Positions 51,423-64,000 of a stretch of 64,000 nt of DNA are shown here, piece by piece. The stretch covers positions 26,164,001-26,228,000 of the forward strand of contig JAWMAR010000001.1 in the NCBI GenBank assembly GCA_036785375.1, in the 5' to 3' direction. The notes under the pieces were generated by a model that was not told the DNA's origin, did no database searches, and saw only the letters and a program-made list of their open reading frames with translations. The DNA is from Leucoraja ocellata. Taxonomy: Eukaryota. The translations under genes were made by a program, and so were the position numbers. Numbering within the stretch: position 1 is the stretch's first letter; every line of letters begins with the position of its first letter.

Positions 51423-54099
51423 TCTTAAAAAAAATTGTTTCCTTCTATACATTTAATTTAAATGTCTTGCCTCACTTTTTATTTTATACACTGGTTGTTC
51501 GATGGTCATCTTTTGTGCGTCATTGTTCTAACTCCTCCTTTACCCTCCAATCTCTTTTTTGCACTCATTAATTTACACAGTAATTCCTCCTGCCTTGCTG
51601 ACCAGAATTATGTTTGTTTTTTTTTTTAATTTGGCCTCTGTTGTGCAAGGCTCTCTTCTGTTTTGTTTTTGCAATGAGAATGTCCAGTTTTACCTCCGTG
51701 TCTTTCAAAGCAGGGTGCAAATAGGTTCCCCTTGGTTTTATGAGGTAAAACTACCGAAACACAAAATGAAATGAGTCAGTTTTCTCCAATGCAGTGCTGA
51801 GGGGTGAATCCATCAGTGGAGGTGGCCTCTCCTTTTGTAAACAAGAGGTTGACTCGAGCTTCTTTGGACTGCCTTTCCAAGCAGCTGCAGATGGCCTTAG
51901 ATCAATGCTCTGAACTACTTGGAATGTGCATAACAAAATTATGTTTATCACATATTATTAAAAGATAATCAGTTAAAACATAATACGTTATTCATTTACT
52001 CTTATTTTTTGTTAAAACCTTCTATAAATCCAATTGTTTCCTTGCCTTTGGCCTATTACGAGCCAGCCAAATCTGCAGACGGCTTAGAGTGCCTTTGTCC
52101 AAAGAGGATCCGAAGCCTGATTAATGTTTCATAATTTTGGTTGGAATTTTCTCAATTCCCAAGGAACTTTAGGTCTTAGATTTCCTCCTCAGCTCTGCCT
52201 TGTATGCAGACTGGTCTTTATGAATCATTTAAAGCCTTTTGAGTAAGATGTTTGCATATTTTGCTTTTTTTTTATATTTCCCTCCTCGATGATGTAGCGT
52301 TTAGGGCCCTTCACTTGAGTCACAGTAACCATGGTAACTATACATGCTGGCGATGGTACGCAAGGGGGTAAGTGAACCAAAAAAGGAAAACAAAACAAAC
52401 GAACACAAACAAAAAGGAAACCCATCTGCCATTTCACGTTTAACGCTACGAATGTGACTTGACTTGTCGTTTTCCCCTTTTCCAATGCTGTTTTTTGGTG
52501 CTGCCTGTACTGGAATGTACATTTTTTTTTTTTTTAAGCAGCCTGAGCTATATTTAGTGGTTGATTGATGGTGACTCCTCCACATCTTACTCAGAGTTTT
52601 AACTACAGTTTTGCTGATTAATGCACCCTTTCTTTGTGTTTGTTTGTCCTTGTTCCCCCTCTCTCCCCCTTTCCTTGTATGTCACGCCTGTGAATGGTTA
52701 CTCTGTTTCTCTGGGATTGTGCCTCTATCTCTATTGGCTCAATGTGTGGCTTCTCCAATGGTTCTTGGCCCTTCTTGGTGCTCATGTTGCACACTGCTGG
52801 AAAACTGACTTTTGCCCTCACTTAATGTTTAAACCCCTTCACTACTATCCTTTTAATTTTTAAGATTTCTTTTGGCATGTTCCTTGTTTCATTGTTTTGT
52901 CCCATGGTTTTTAGATCTGTTTGAGTGTGGCCAAACAAAGGTAAACCTAGTACTTCTCAGGCTAAAAACTGTGTAGACCTTCAATGGGTGAGAGTGTATT
53001 TTGCGAAGTGTTCTGATCAAATCTATTGATTCTAATAGAGTCCCTGATCAAATATCACCTACTAATAATGAGTTTTAATAAAATATTAAACTGCTTTTTA
53101 TCTTGACTTTTATATTCCAACATAAACAGAGTGGGATTTTTTTGAAAAACACTAGTTCTCCTTTTTGTTGAAAGCATCCTTTAAGTGAGTTTCCATTGTC
53201 TCAATTTAAAAAAAAAATCTTCTGGTGGTGCTGATTCATGCTAGCTTACGATTCCATTGCCACCTCCTGCATCCTGGTATTCCCACCAAAATGCCACTTA
53301 TTCATTTGTGGGGCTAGCAAGTGAGTGTCATCAGGCTGTTCAATCTTGAAGGGACATCACAGTTCAGGTTGAACTTCTTGTCACCTAACATGCTAATGCC
53401 ACTGGAAGTGAAGTCAATGGAGCTTTTGTTCATTTGCCCTAATATGTGGCCCACTGACAGATTTTGCTTGCCACTGCTCTGAAGTGCCTTTGAATGTTTT
53501 GTCATGTTAAAGGTGCTATATAAATACAACAGTTGTTGTTCAGGTTAGCATATTAAAGAAATATTGGTTTTCTTTCAATGCCTCCCCTTTTAACCTCTAT
53601 GACATGATTTACTAAAGCACTGTTGCTGTCAGCCTGGCTTAGATTGGCACTCCTTGACCCTGGAATTGAGCATGTTCCCTCCCTGCTCTTTAGGGCTGCT
53701 TTCTGTTTACCCATTAAACCAATTGGTATGCCTCTTATTCATTCTAAAATCATTAGCAGTAACCACACTAGGTAAGTCTTCCTGACACTGAGGGGCAAGT
53801 GTGAGTCTTAACTCCAACGGGAAAGGATAAAAACTGCCGATGAATATTCAGCTGGACAGTCAACTTCTGTGAATTGAAGGACAAGTGTTAATATGTCATG
53901 TTGATAATCTTTTATCAGAAACTGGCTGAAATAGGGCAAAGATAACATGGCAGTTAAGGTGATAAATTAGGGTAGAAATAAATTCTAGTCGATTTAAGAA
54001 ATGATTTAACAAAGATGGACTCTAAACAGCTACTTGAAGCTAACCAATCAATCTGAGTACTGACATGCATTTAGGAAGGCGATTCAAGCCCTCCAGGGC

Positions 54100-55925
54100 C
54101 CACATGTTTTCACAAAAGTAAAGGATGGGACTGCTGAAATGTAAAACTACCGAGATGACATGGGGCATAAATGAAAAAGTGAGACTGATAAAGAGAACTT
54201 TAATCACAAAGTTTAAGACTGACTAAAAGCTGAGAAAAATATAGAAAATGTGAGGGTGAAATTAATAGAGATGTTGGGAAAGCCAAGATAGGGTATGAAA
54301 AAATAACGGAAAATAAAACCAAAGAAACCCCAAGATATTTTATAAATGTATAGAGTTAGAACATAATTAAGGAAAGAGTAGGGTCACTTAAAGATTAAGT
54401 TATGTATGGTAGAAATCAATGTGAGTCAAAGATTGTCCTTTGGAGCTATCTTCATAAAAAAGGGAGATGATGCCAATGTGGTGGATTAGGAAGAGAGTTA
54501 TGCAAAATTACATATAAAGCTGCTAGGACAGGAAGTGAGGGGATATATCACCAGACCCAGATGAAATTCATCCTAAGCGTTTTTTTTTAAATATGGAGGA
54601 AAATGTAACGGTTCTGAACATCATATTCCAATCCTCTCTAGCTGCCAGTGTGATGCCAAAGGATTGGACCGTTGCTAAAATTATACTATTGTTTTAAAAG
54701 TAGGAGGAAAAAAAAACAGAATCATTAATACAATGAATTCTGAGCAAGAAAATGAAACTTCAATTTGAAAGATGTAAATTAAGCAAGCAAATAATACATG
54801 CATTTGTTAATGTTGACTAACAATTAGGTCAAATGAGAGCAATTAATTTTATATAGTCCATCTTGTTTTTTTTAAGCGTCTTTTTGAAAAGCTCCCGCAT
54901 TATAGGCAGGTTAAAAAGGTAAAAGCCTGTGGGTTGCCAGAGGGAGTAGCAAGGTTGATCCATAGACCCACCCAATGGCAAGAAGCAAAGGGGTATTGTC
55001 TTTGGGATAGGACGAACTGTTTCTACTGGTGTTGTATATGGCCCAGTAGACAATCTCTTACTTTTTGGAGTTAGACATAATTGTAGGGCGCATGACGAAA
55101 GTCTGCAGATGTTCCAAAACTTGCCCATTTGGATAGATGAAAAATTAAACTCCTAGAAGTTACAGATGGCCAGGTTGGTCAGGAAAGTTGCAAACCGAAT
55201 TTTACACAGTGAGGTGCAGAAGATGCACCAAGGCGAGGCGGTGAAGAAAGACTGAGAAGTGTGAAAGAACAGGAGAATCTTGGGACGTATGTACACCGAT
55301 CCTTAAAGATAGCTGTACAGATTGATGTGGTATAAAATGCATGGAGGATGATTTGTTTTATTAATCCAGACAGACTAAAAGTAGCTATATATTGACTGCT
55401 GGAATCCTATTCAATGTTAAATTAAAGAGAAAAGGTTTGGGCTGACATTTCAAGTTAAACTATAATACATGAGTTAGCCCACAGCTTGTGTACTGTAAGG
55501 AAAATCGATGTAGTTGCAATGTGGAGAGTACTGGGAAGATTTCTAAGGATGTTGCCAGGACTGAAAAATATTAGTTATATAGACTAGATATTTGTCTTTG
55601 AGTGGAGACTTGACTTGAGGTGTATAACATTGAGGAGCCTGTGTAAGAAGGACCTTTTCCCTTAGCAGAAAAGTTATAAACTGGTACAAGAATTTACACT
55701 GGTTGGTTGATCTGAAAATAGCATCTAGTCTATACGTAGTCTATAAGGGAGAAACAGGGTGACAGATCTGGGTGATAAGGGTGACAGACTTTCAGCACCG
55801 TTTAAAAGTATTTGGATATGTTCTTCTAGCACTTGGCTGCAGATCAATTGTGGCAAGGGTACTCCTTTTCAGCTTGCATGGACACAGAGGGCTAAATAGA
55901 TTCCTGTTCTATCATGCAGTTTTAT
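54100..55925 (+). mobile_element. Very old CR1 LINE remnant
   Basis: Traces such as tcaccagacccagatgaaattcatcctaag, gttgctaaaattatactattgttttaaaa and a CR1-like tail gggctaaatagattcctgttct. Confidence 0.5.
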
Positions 55926-57933
55926 ATGACCTCCATATAACTGGACCTAGGAAATTTGAAACATTTTTACATTGATAAATGTTAGTTTCCCACTTTCTTG
56001 CTTGCTAGTTTATTGAAAGACAGACTTTTAAAATGTTTTTTTGGTCTAATTTCATAGCTAAACTGAACACTTGTAATGTTCCGGAGACTCATTTGCAATC
56101 AATAAATATTCAGTTCCTTTGCATAAATGAAAATGATCAAATACAGATAGAGTCAGGTTAGCTACAGATCTGGAACCCACCAGAATAAATTCACTTTATA
56201 ATGAATACCTTGTTTAACTTGTTACTCTTTCATGGAGGTACTGGTAGCTAATGCATTGAACTCATCAGTGAGAATCAAGATCATCAGCAATGAAGGATTT
56301 TATGTGGTCTGATTGCTGTCTTTGTGTCACTTTGAAGGCATTGTACACATGTGTTGCAAGAAGGCTTGAAGGAATCAGCACCTGTACTGTAGTGAATATT
56401 GAGAGGTAAATTTCTTGGGGCTTAAATAAAATTAGTTCCTCAGAGGCTCGTCAAAAATACACGCAAATCCCTTTTGGTTAAACTGAAGCTTGGAGAAGTG
56501 GACCTCATTGAACCTTACAGGAGTGGGTCCATTTGGTCTATCACACTTGCCTAGCACTGTGATAAACATCTAATAGTTCAACCCTGTTAGGCCTCTTCAA
56601 GTTGTTTTCCTTTCCAAATATACATTGAAATCCATTTTAAAAGTTACTAAACCCATGCACCCTATTATGCATTGCATCCCAGGTCACAACATATGTCAAA
56701 GCAAAAATTCCCATCTTTTTTCAAAAGAATATTTCAAAATGCATCGTGTGCTTCCTGCTGGACTTTTTTCCAACATTTTCATCATTTCAACACCACTATT
56801 AACTATCCTCTATTCATATCCTTTGTGAGTTTTGTCTCAACTTCTGCATTCTTCATGTGCTTTAGGTGCCTCATCTCATTCCCCAACCCAGTACTGTTCT
56901 CATCAATCTCCTCTGTCCTTTCTACAAGGGGTTAGCATCCAGTTTAAAATATGGTGGCCCAGACTTGAACACAATTCTCCCCTTGAGCTCCAACCAATGA
57001 TTTACAAAAACTGATTTAGAAGAACTTTTTTTTTGTCCTCAGTTTCCTCTTTAATATCTGCCAGTCAAGTTTTGCAAAGGCTATTTTTAATTCTTAACTT
57101 TTCCTGTCATCTTGAAAGATGTACATCCTGAAGGTCACAAGGTCCAATACACCACCCCTCCCCGTCGCCAACACACTGCTTTTGAATTATATTAAAGATA
57201 GTATATTGTCTCCCTTATGCTAAAAAAAAATCAATTGCTGTACATTTGTTACTTTCTCCGAAATGTCTATATTTTCCTGATATTTCATTATCCTCAATGT
57301 TTTATAACATTTTCAAACATTATTGTTTTGTGTCCACCCTTTCTATTGAGCAGTTGAAATGACTTGCAATAATTTCTGTCCAGCCTTGTACTCATCTCCT
57401 GAAAAGAGCATACCCTCCTTGATGGTCATCTGAACTGAAGCCAAGAGAATACGTTTTTACAAATCTAACAGAATAAATGACCTCTTATTTACAACCATTT
57501 ATTTGGCCTCATAAATGCATCACATTCAAGCAAATCCATATATTGCAGTTGATATGTCCTCTTCCCCAAAGAAACTCCAAGCAAACAAATTGTTCAGGGT
57601 TTGATTTGTTATTTCGGTGTAAGCTCATGTCATTTCGGTTTTCAATGTGGACAAAATATGAAAAGAGCTTGCCTGAGAAATAATGGTTTACATTTGAGTG
57701 TCCTTGTTGAAAATATTTAAAAACATTTTGAATTTTATTAATAAATGCTAATATGTATATTGAGTTTAAAAAGTAAATTGTAAATTTTATTTCTAATTCA
57801 GATAATGCTATGACCATAATAATTAAGAGTAAATCGTTCTTGATTGTGCTAGTCTTTGCATGTTCTGTATTTTAAACTCAATTACCTTTTCCTTGTTTAA
57901 CGTGCTGGTTCTGTGTCGATCTGTGAACCTCAG

Positions 57934-57994
57934 GTAAACAATGCCACAGCTCGTGTGATGACTAATAAGAAGATGGTGAGCCCTTATGCAAATG
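57934..57994 (+). CDS. RBFOX2: RBFOX2 61-nt exon at the RRM end (VNNATARVMTNKKMVSPYAN-G)
   Basis: cctcag| acceptor and AATG|gtaggt donor. TNKKMVxPYANG is RBFOX2-type (RBFOX1 has TNKKTVNPYTNG). Confidence 0.96.
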
Positions 57995-58399
57995 GTAGGT
58001 ATTTCAAGGATTAAGCGTATACAAATTTAGCAACATTTTTTGTACATGTTGTGACATTGTTTCAAACTTTAGTGGAAGCAAACCAGTTCTGCATAAATGC
58101 TCTCATTTTTCAAACGCAATTTTTTTATAGGTGCTTGAACAATTAAGCTTGATTGAGAAACTCCTTGAAGTTTGACCTTAATGCTTGTATTGCCTCTTTT
58201 GTATATACAGCATCCCACAGATTAGGCCAACCCGCATTAACGAGTAAATACAGTTATTTGTCGAAAAGTGATGAACCAATGGAAATATATAGCCCCTGGA
58301 ACTGTAGCCTAGGAATTAGAAAATTGGTGAAGGGCCCTGTTCATAATCTCTCCCAGTGGTGCTTGCGCATATCTGTGAATTAACTAGGGTGGATATTTA

Positions 58400-58662
58400 G
58401 AATTGACTGCCAGGAGGCTCTCACCTCCCCACGATCGAAGGGATCTATCGCAGTTGCTGCCTCAAAAAGGCTGCCAACATCATCAGGGACCCATACCATC
58501 CTGGCCACACACTCATCTCTCTGCTGCCATCAGGTAGAAGGTACAGGAGCCTGAAATCTGGTACATCCAGGTTCAGGAACAGCTGCTTCCCCACAGCCAT
58601 CAGGCTATTAAACTCGCCATCAAACAAACTCTGAACTATAACAGCCTTTGCACTTTATCTGT

Positions 58663-58697
<35 letters not shown>

Positions 58698-58830
58698 TAG
58701 TCTATGCTATATAGACGCACTGAACTGTTCTATATTTATGCTTATAATATTCTGTTGTGCTGCAGCAAGCAAGAATTTCATTGTCCTATCTGGGACACAT
58801 GACAGTAAACTCTCTTCTTGACTTGACCAA
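58400..58830 (+). mobile_element. Rex1/Babar-like LINE 3' end
   Basis: Translates as IEGIYRSCCLKKAANIIRDPYHPGHTLISLLPSGRRYRSL..RFRNSCFPTAIRLLN. Internal (TA)n at 58670-58694; gacagtaaac..cttgacttga tail. Confidence 0.75.
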
Positions 58831-60214
58831 AATATTAAAGAGAGTTGGATACTGAACGGAGAGATTTCCAGTACAAAAAGTACAGGCATTGATTGATTGA
58901 CCTTTTCTCATGGACTGTTATGGTCTGATGGAGGCTGCAGCTTCCAAGATTGGGTCTGTTTGTAATAAGCCTACAGTGAAATTAATGTTATTTCATTTGA
59001 AGGTCAACTGTGAAGAAATGCCATTTAGGCAAAGTGTTGAGAAACTGCTACATCTCCGAGAACCTTTTCTCTATAATCATGTTTGCCTTCTGGCCAAATG
59101 TTTCTGAAACTGTGCTACAAAAGCTTAGTTTTGTTACTGAATTATTGAATGCAGTGTTTTTAGCGAGGAAAAAATATATTGCACTTTTAAGTAGCAGAAT
59201 ACCTGAAGGCACATAACGGGAACATTATCAGGTAAAGATGACGCTGAGTCACATTGCAGATGTTAGGGGAGATGACCGAAAGTGCGGTCCAAGAGGTTTT
59301 TAAAGGAAGAAAAAAAGATGAAAGGGTTTATGGAGGAATTCCAGAAGTTGCATGAATGCCAAAAATGAACCTGCACGAATGCCAAAAATGAAGCAACTTT
59401 TGAAAGAGTGAAAGTATCTTGGAAGGTGTTTTAGATGGATGAAGATTTGAGATTTGGAGGAATTAGAAACGTTGTGAATTTTAAAATCAAGTCATTGCTT
59501 AATTGGGAGCCTGTATAAATCAATAGAAGGCAGGGTTGATCAGGAAGAGATGAATGAGGTTTTCAGTGGCAAATAAGCTAAAGGACAGCTAGAACCGTGC
59601 AGTATTTCAAGCTGCCCAAACTATCTATTTGATGGCACTGATAAGTAGTTATCTCATATCATATTTGAGATCCAAATGGAAGCAAAAATTTTGTTTAGTT
59701 CCAGATATATGCAGGAGAGAAGTGGAGTTGTTGGCTGGGAGTTTGCAGAGAGATCTGAAAATGATTCTCAATGCTTCATCCATTTCTGTTCATCCATTTC
59801 AAGACATTTAACAAGTAATGTGACAGTGAAGAAATAATTTTCTAATTTTGTATAACCCACTCCCACCATTCCATTCAGGGTCTCTTTCATCTTATTCTTT
59901 ACCCCCTACCCCAACCATTAGCTTGGCATCACCCTCCAACACCCGGTTCCATGAATCAATCACTGGCATATCTGTTTATTTGTTTTTCTTCTCCCTTGGT
60001 TCGCCTTTCTTTTCCCTCCAGTGCCTGCTTCCATCTGCTCAACATTACTCCCGTATCTGCTTCCACCTGTCACCTACCATCATCTTTCTCAGTTTAGACA
60101 GTGTTGCAGGTTGGCTGTAATACATTCAGGTATTTTGGATAGCGAAGTGAGATTGGAGTAGTAGTTTGCAAAGACCAAGGAATCAATGGGTGTTTTGATA
60201 GACGGGTGAAATAG

Positions 60215-61390
60215 ATGAAAGACACAAAATGCTGGAGTGAATCAGATGCTTGTCCAGGGATGCTGGACAGCATCCCTGGACAACATGGTTGGGTGCAGTT
60301 TTGGGTCAGGATCCTTCTTTAGACTGATCGCAGGGGGAAGGGATGGCAAAGCATGGCAAGTCATAGGAAATGGGGAGGTGCTGGACAAAGCATGGTAGGT
60401 CATAGGTGAATACAGGCATGGGGGGGGGGGGGTGTTTGATGGTTGGACAAGTACTAGAGATGAACACGCACCAGGTGTGAATTGTCTAGGAATGTTGGTG
60501 GGGAGGGGAGAGATAGGTGCAAGGTCAGCCAGAGCTCAGGAGAGGGGGGAGGCAAAAGAAAGAGGGGGTTATGGGGGAAGAAAGGGGATGGGGTTGTTTT
60601 GTAGACGGTACCCAAACTTGGAGAATTTGTTGTTCGTAAGTTGTAAGTTACCCAACTGGAATATGAAGTGCTGTTCCTCCAGTTTGCATGTGGCCTCATT
60701 CTGGCAATGGAGGAGACCAAGGTCGGTATGGGAAGGGAGTTATAATGGTTAGCAATCGGTAGTTTCTGCCAGCCTTGGCAGACCAAGCGTAAGGTGTTCG
60801 GCGAAATGGTTGCCAAGTCTACGCTTGGTCTCGCTGATGTACAGGGGGCCTTATCATGAGCATAAGATGCAGTAGATGAGGTTGGAGGAGGTATACATGA
60901 ACCACTGTCACTGGAAGGGCTGTCAGAGTCCCTGAATGGATGCAAAGGAGGAGGTATAGGGACAGGTGTTGTATCTCCTGCGGTTGTAGGGGAAATTACT
61001 CAGAGTGGGGGTGGTTTGGATGGGAAGGATGAATGAACCAAGGAGTTCGGGAGAGAGCAGCCTCTGCAGAAGGCAGAAAGGGTGGAGATGGGAAGATCTG
61101 ATGGGTGGTGGGATCACATTGGATGTGCCGGAAATGTCGGTGGATGATGTGTTGGATGCGGAGGCTGGTGGGGTGAAAGATAAGGACCAGGTAACAGTAT
61201 TTTTGTTGCTTCTGAGGGGAGGGGGAGCGAGAGCAGAGCTACGGAACACAGAGGAGACATGGGTGAGGGATCCATCCATGACAGAAGGGGGGAAATCCTG
61301 TTTTCCATAGAAAGAGGACATCGGAGATGATGCATTTTGAATTGAAAACCTCATCTTGGGTGCAGACATGTCGGAGACAAAAAAAACAAT
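60215..61390 (-). mobile_element. Penelope-like element (RT-EN linker, GIY-YIG and terminal repeat), decayed
   Basis: Reverse strand shows NRRRYNTCPYTS, YISETKRRLGNHFAEH, LHCQNEATCKLEEQH and a degenerate hammerhead near 60297-60325. Confidence 0.8.
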
Positions 61391-62199
61391 GAACACGGGA
61401 ACTTGAAAGGAATACTGAATGATCAGCGGGTTAATAGAAGGGAGCAGAAGGTAAGGAGGTTAGAGGGAAACTAAAGAAAAATATAAATTCTAAGCCTGGG
61501 CTAGGGAAGGAACATTCTTTCATCCAGCAGGTTAGGAGAAAAGAGGGAAGCCATAGAGACAGTGGACAGAGTAAAAATAAAACTCATGACGATTAGACAT
61601 CTGAATGTTCGCCTTGAATGTAAATTATTCTGAGCATAGCTTCCGATTGTCATTTGCGATGCAGCAATTTAACACATCAATATTTGGAAAACCAAAGCTA
61701 CATGACGGTTTTGCTGTGTTGTGGTGATACCCTGGTTTGACACCTAGCTGAATTCTAGTTACTATGTTAAAAAAAACAGTTGCATGTGACAGAGTGCAAA
61801 GATGATCCCACGGGTGAAGGGAACTGAGGAAAGATAAGAATAGCTTGAATTGAAAAAAGGGGTTGTTAAATTTTATCTTATCATGGCATTGATTATACTG
61901 GTGCATTTTCAGGTTAGACCAGAAATATTCAAATAACCAAGTTGTATAGAACCTTGCTTTACATTGGGGAAAATACCAAAAAGGGTTGTGTTATTGTTTG
62001 AACAACAACCTGGCAATTGAGACTTGTGGATGCAGAGCATTAGGCACCGTGCATGTGGATCTGTAGTTAATTTTAATATACGAGTTGAATCAGGGGCAGA
62101 TGTATAGAAATCTAAGTACACTCTTGTGGGGGTGGGGGGGGGGGGGGGGGGAAGGCGACCTTTTCCTCGTCTTCCTTTTAGTACTTTTTTAAAGGAACT

Positions 62200-63000
62200 C
62201 TATGCCTCTGATATTTGACCCCTTGCTTAGGGATGAGGCCTTATTTATTTCCCCTCTTTTTTTTTAATAAACCTCAATTCCCTCAGCTTCCAAGAGAACA
62301 ACCCCAGCTCATCCAACCTTTCTTCTCAGCTGAGTTATTCCAATCCCGGCCACATCCTTGTAAATCCCCGCACCCCCTCCATTGCAATCACATCTATTCT
62401 GCAATATGATGACCAGAAGTGAGCCATCATGAAATCTGTGCTCTTTTTATTTTGTGTTTGGCTAATGAAGGAAAGTATCAAAATGCCTTTTGAACCATCC
62501 TATTGATTGGTTTTGCTTACTATAAGGATCTATATACTCTATGGTTGCTCTGTTCTTTCACGCCACCACTCTGTGCCCTCGTATATTGTGCATTCTCTTG
62601 CTTTCTTGTCCCCAACACATTACCTCGCACTTTTTTGAAATTAACTTTGCACTTTTTCTGCCCAGCTAGCCAAACTATCAACATATTCAAGCTTTCCTCG
62701 TTCAACCATGCAATTAATTTGATTATCATCCTCAAACTATTAATCGTGCTCCTATAATTACGTCTAAATCATATGTATTACACAATTCAAGATTTGAGTA
62801 CTAAACCCTGTGGAAGCCACTGGATTTGCTTCCAGAAACAAAACCACCCATCAAGCATACTCTGACATGCCAATGAGCCAATTTAGAATCCAAATTTCCA
62901 TCTTCTCTTCAATCCCCCAGATTTTTAGTATTCTCACCTGCCTGTAATGTAGGACTTGCTCAAATCCATATGGACCACATCAAACCTTCATCAACCCTTT
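62200..63000 (-). mobile_element. Old CR1 remnant
   Basis: caagagaacaaccccagctcatccaacct, catccttgtaaatc, cattacctcgcactt, aaaccctgtggaagccac. Confidence 0.5.
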
Positions 63001-63379
63001 TGTTATGACAAAAAAATCCAATTGTTCCTCAAACATTGAGTATGAATTTATTAATAATTTGTTAACATCCATTATTAATGTACGCCTGTCCAAGTGAAGC
63101 TTTATATTATCCTTTAGAATAGATTCTAGTTATCTGCCAGAACCAAAGTTAACTGTCTACCTCCAGAGTGAAATAGAGAACATGCGATAGAAGCTAGTAT
63201 TAACACAAACAAAAACTAGTCTGATTATAGGAAGTTTGAGAAAATGAACTTGAACATGATAAAGCATCAGAAGAGACTGGCAGCAAACAAAAGGTGGAAT
63301 CGATGGGGGAATATTAGATAGTATTAGACAAAAGGCATCAACATTTCCTCCGTAATAAATATCAGCAGAGGGGCACCTC

Positions 63380-63620
63380 AATGCTATTTGCTTAGTCCCC
63401 TATAGTTCTAACTCTATCGTTAAATTCGCCAATGACACCCGCCATTGTTGGATGAATTACGGGTAATGATGAGTCAGTTGAGGAGGAAAATCGGTTGTCT
63501 GATCTCAATGTCATTCAGACCAAGGAACTGATTGTTGAGTTTAGAAACGGAAGCCCAAGGATCCACAAACCTTTTTTCATCGACAGGCAGGTGGTAGAGA
63601 GAGTCAACAACTACAAGTTT
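63380..63620 (+). mobile_element. Rex1-like RT fragment
   Basis: SSNSIVKFANDT and TKELIVEFR..VERVNNYKF resemble KFADDT/KTKELIVDFR motifs. Confidence 0.55.
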
Positions 63621-64000
63621 ACTTTACTATATGTTAGAGATACAGTGCAGAAACGGGCCCTTCGGCCCACAGAGTAACACTATCCTGCACACTATTTTAC
63701 AATTTTATCAAAGCCAATTAACTGACAAACCTTCGCGTCTTTGGAATGCGAGAGGAAACCAGAGCACCTTGAGAGCACCTGCCTTCATGAAAGTTATAGA
63801 ACACCCCCCACCCCCCCACCCCCCCCCCCCCCCCCCCACACCCCCACCACACACAAATTGTGATGACCTAGCAGTATGGTGTTAATGAAGAACTCAAATT
63901 AGCTCAGTAAAAATAATTAGCATAAGAGAAATTAATGGGATGGAGAGGTGATAAATCTCCATTATGAGGTGATTTACATTCTTGAAGTGGCTATGGAGAT

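Noticed and set aside
30635-57994. Assignment as RBFOX1 or RBFOX3
   Set aside because: The MERKTMVSQ start, DAMVQP, PTEY, PHTQDY, TNKKMVSPYANG and KLHGTVVEG favour RBFOX2, though synteny was not checked.
63802-63850. Poly-C tract giving a proline-rich ORF (also poly-G at 62128-62151)
   Set aside because: Low-complexity homopolymer runs with no exon context.

Overview
Eukaryotic (vertebrate) DNA, most likely a cartilaginous fish such as a skate or ray, judged from the CR1/HER1-like LINE, HE1/V-SINE, Rex1/Babar and Penelope-like repeat content. The window holds the 5' two-thirds of an RBFOX-family splicing-regulator gene on the + strand, best matching RBFOX2. Six coding exons can be read: 6615-6641 (MERKTMVSQ), 30635-30886, 36297-36437, 39884-39937, 51323-51415 and 57934-57994. 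They encode the N-terminus and the complete RRM; the gene continues past the window. The rest is intronic or upstream sequence rich in decayed retroelements. Highlights: (i) the 93-nt RNP1 exon is bracketed by four (U)GCAUG motifs, two overlapping its splice sites, with several candidate stop-codon (poison) exons nearby; (ii) about ten Penelope-like terminal repeats carry a minimal hammerhead-ribozyme motif, three of them intact and sense to the pre-mRNA; (iii) a twin perfect hairpin with a shared loop at 17022-17135; (iv) a 38-bp palindromic minimal transposon with an 8-bp TSD. Most ORFs in the supplied track are not genes. Repeat boundaries are approximate and family names come from motif recognition, not from a database search.
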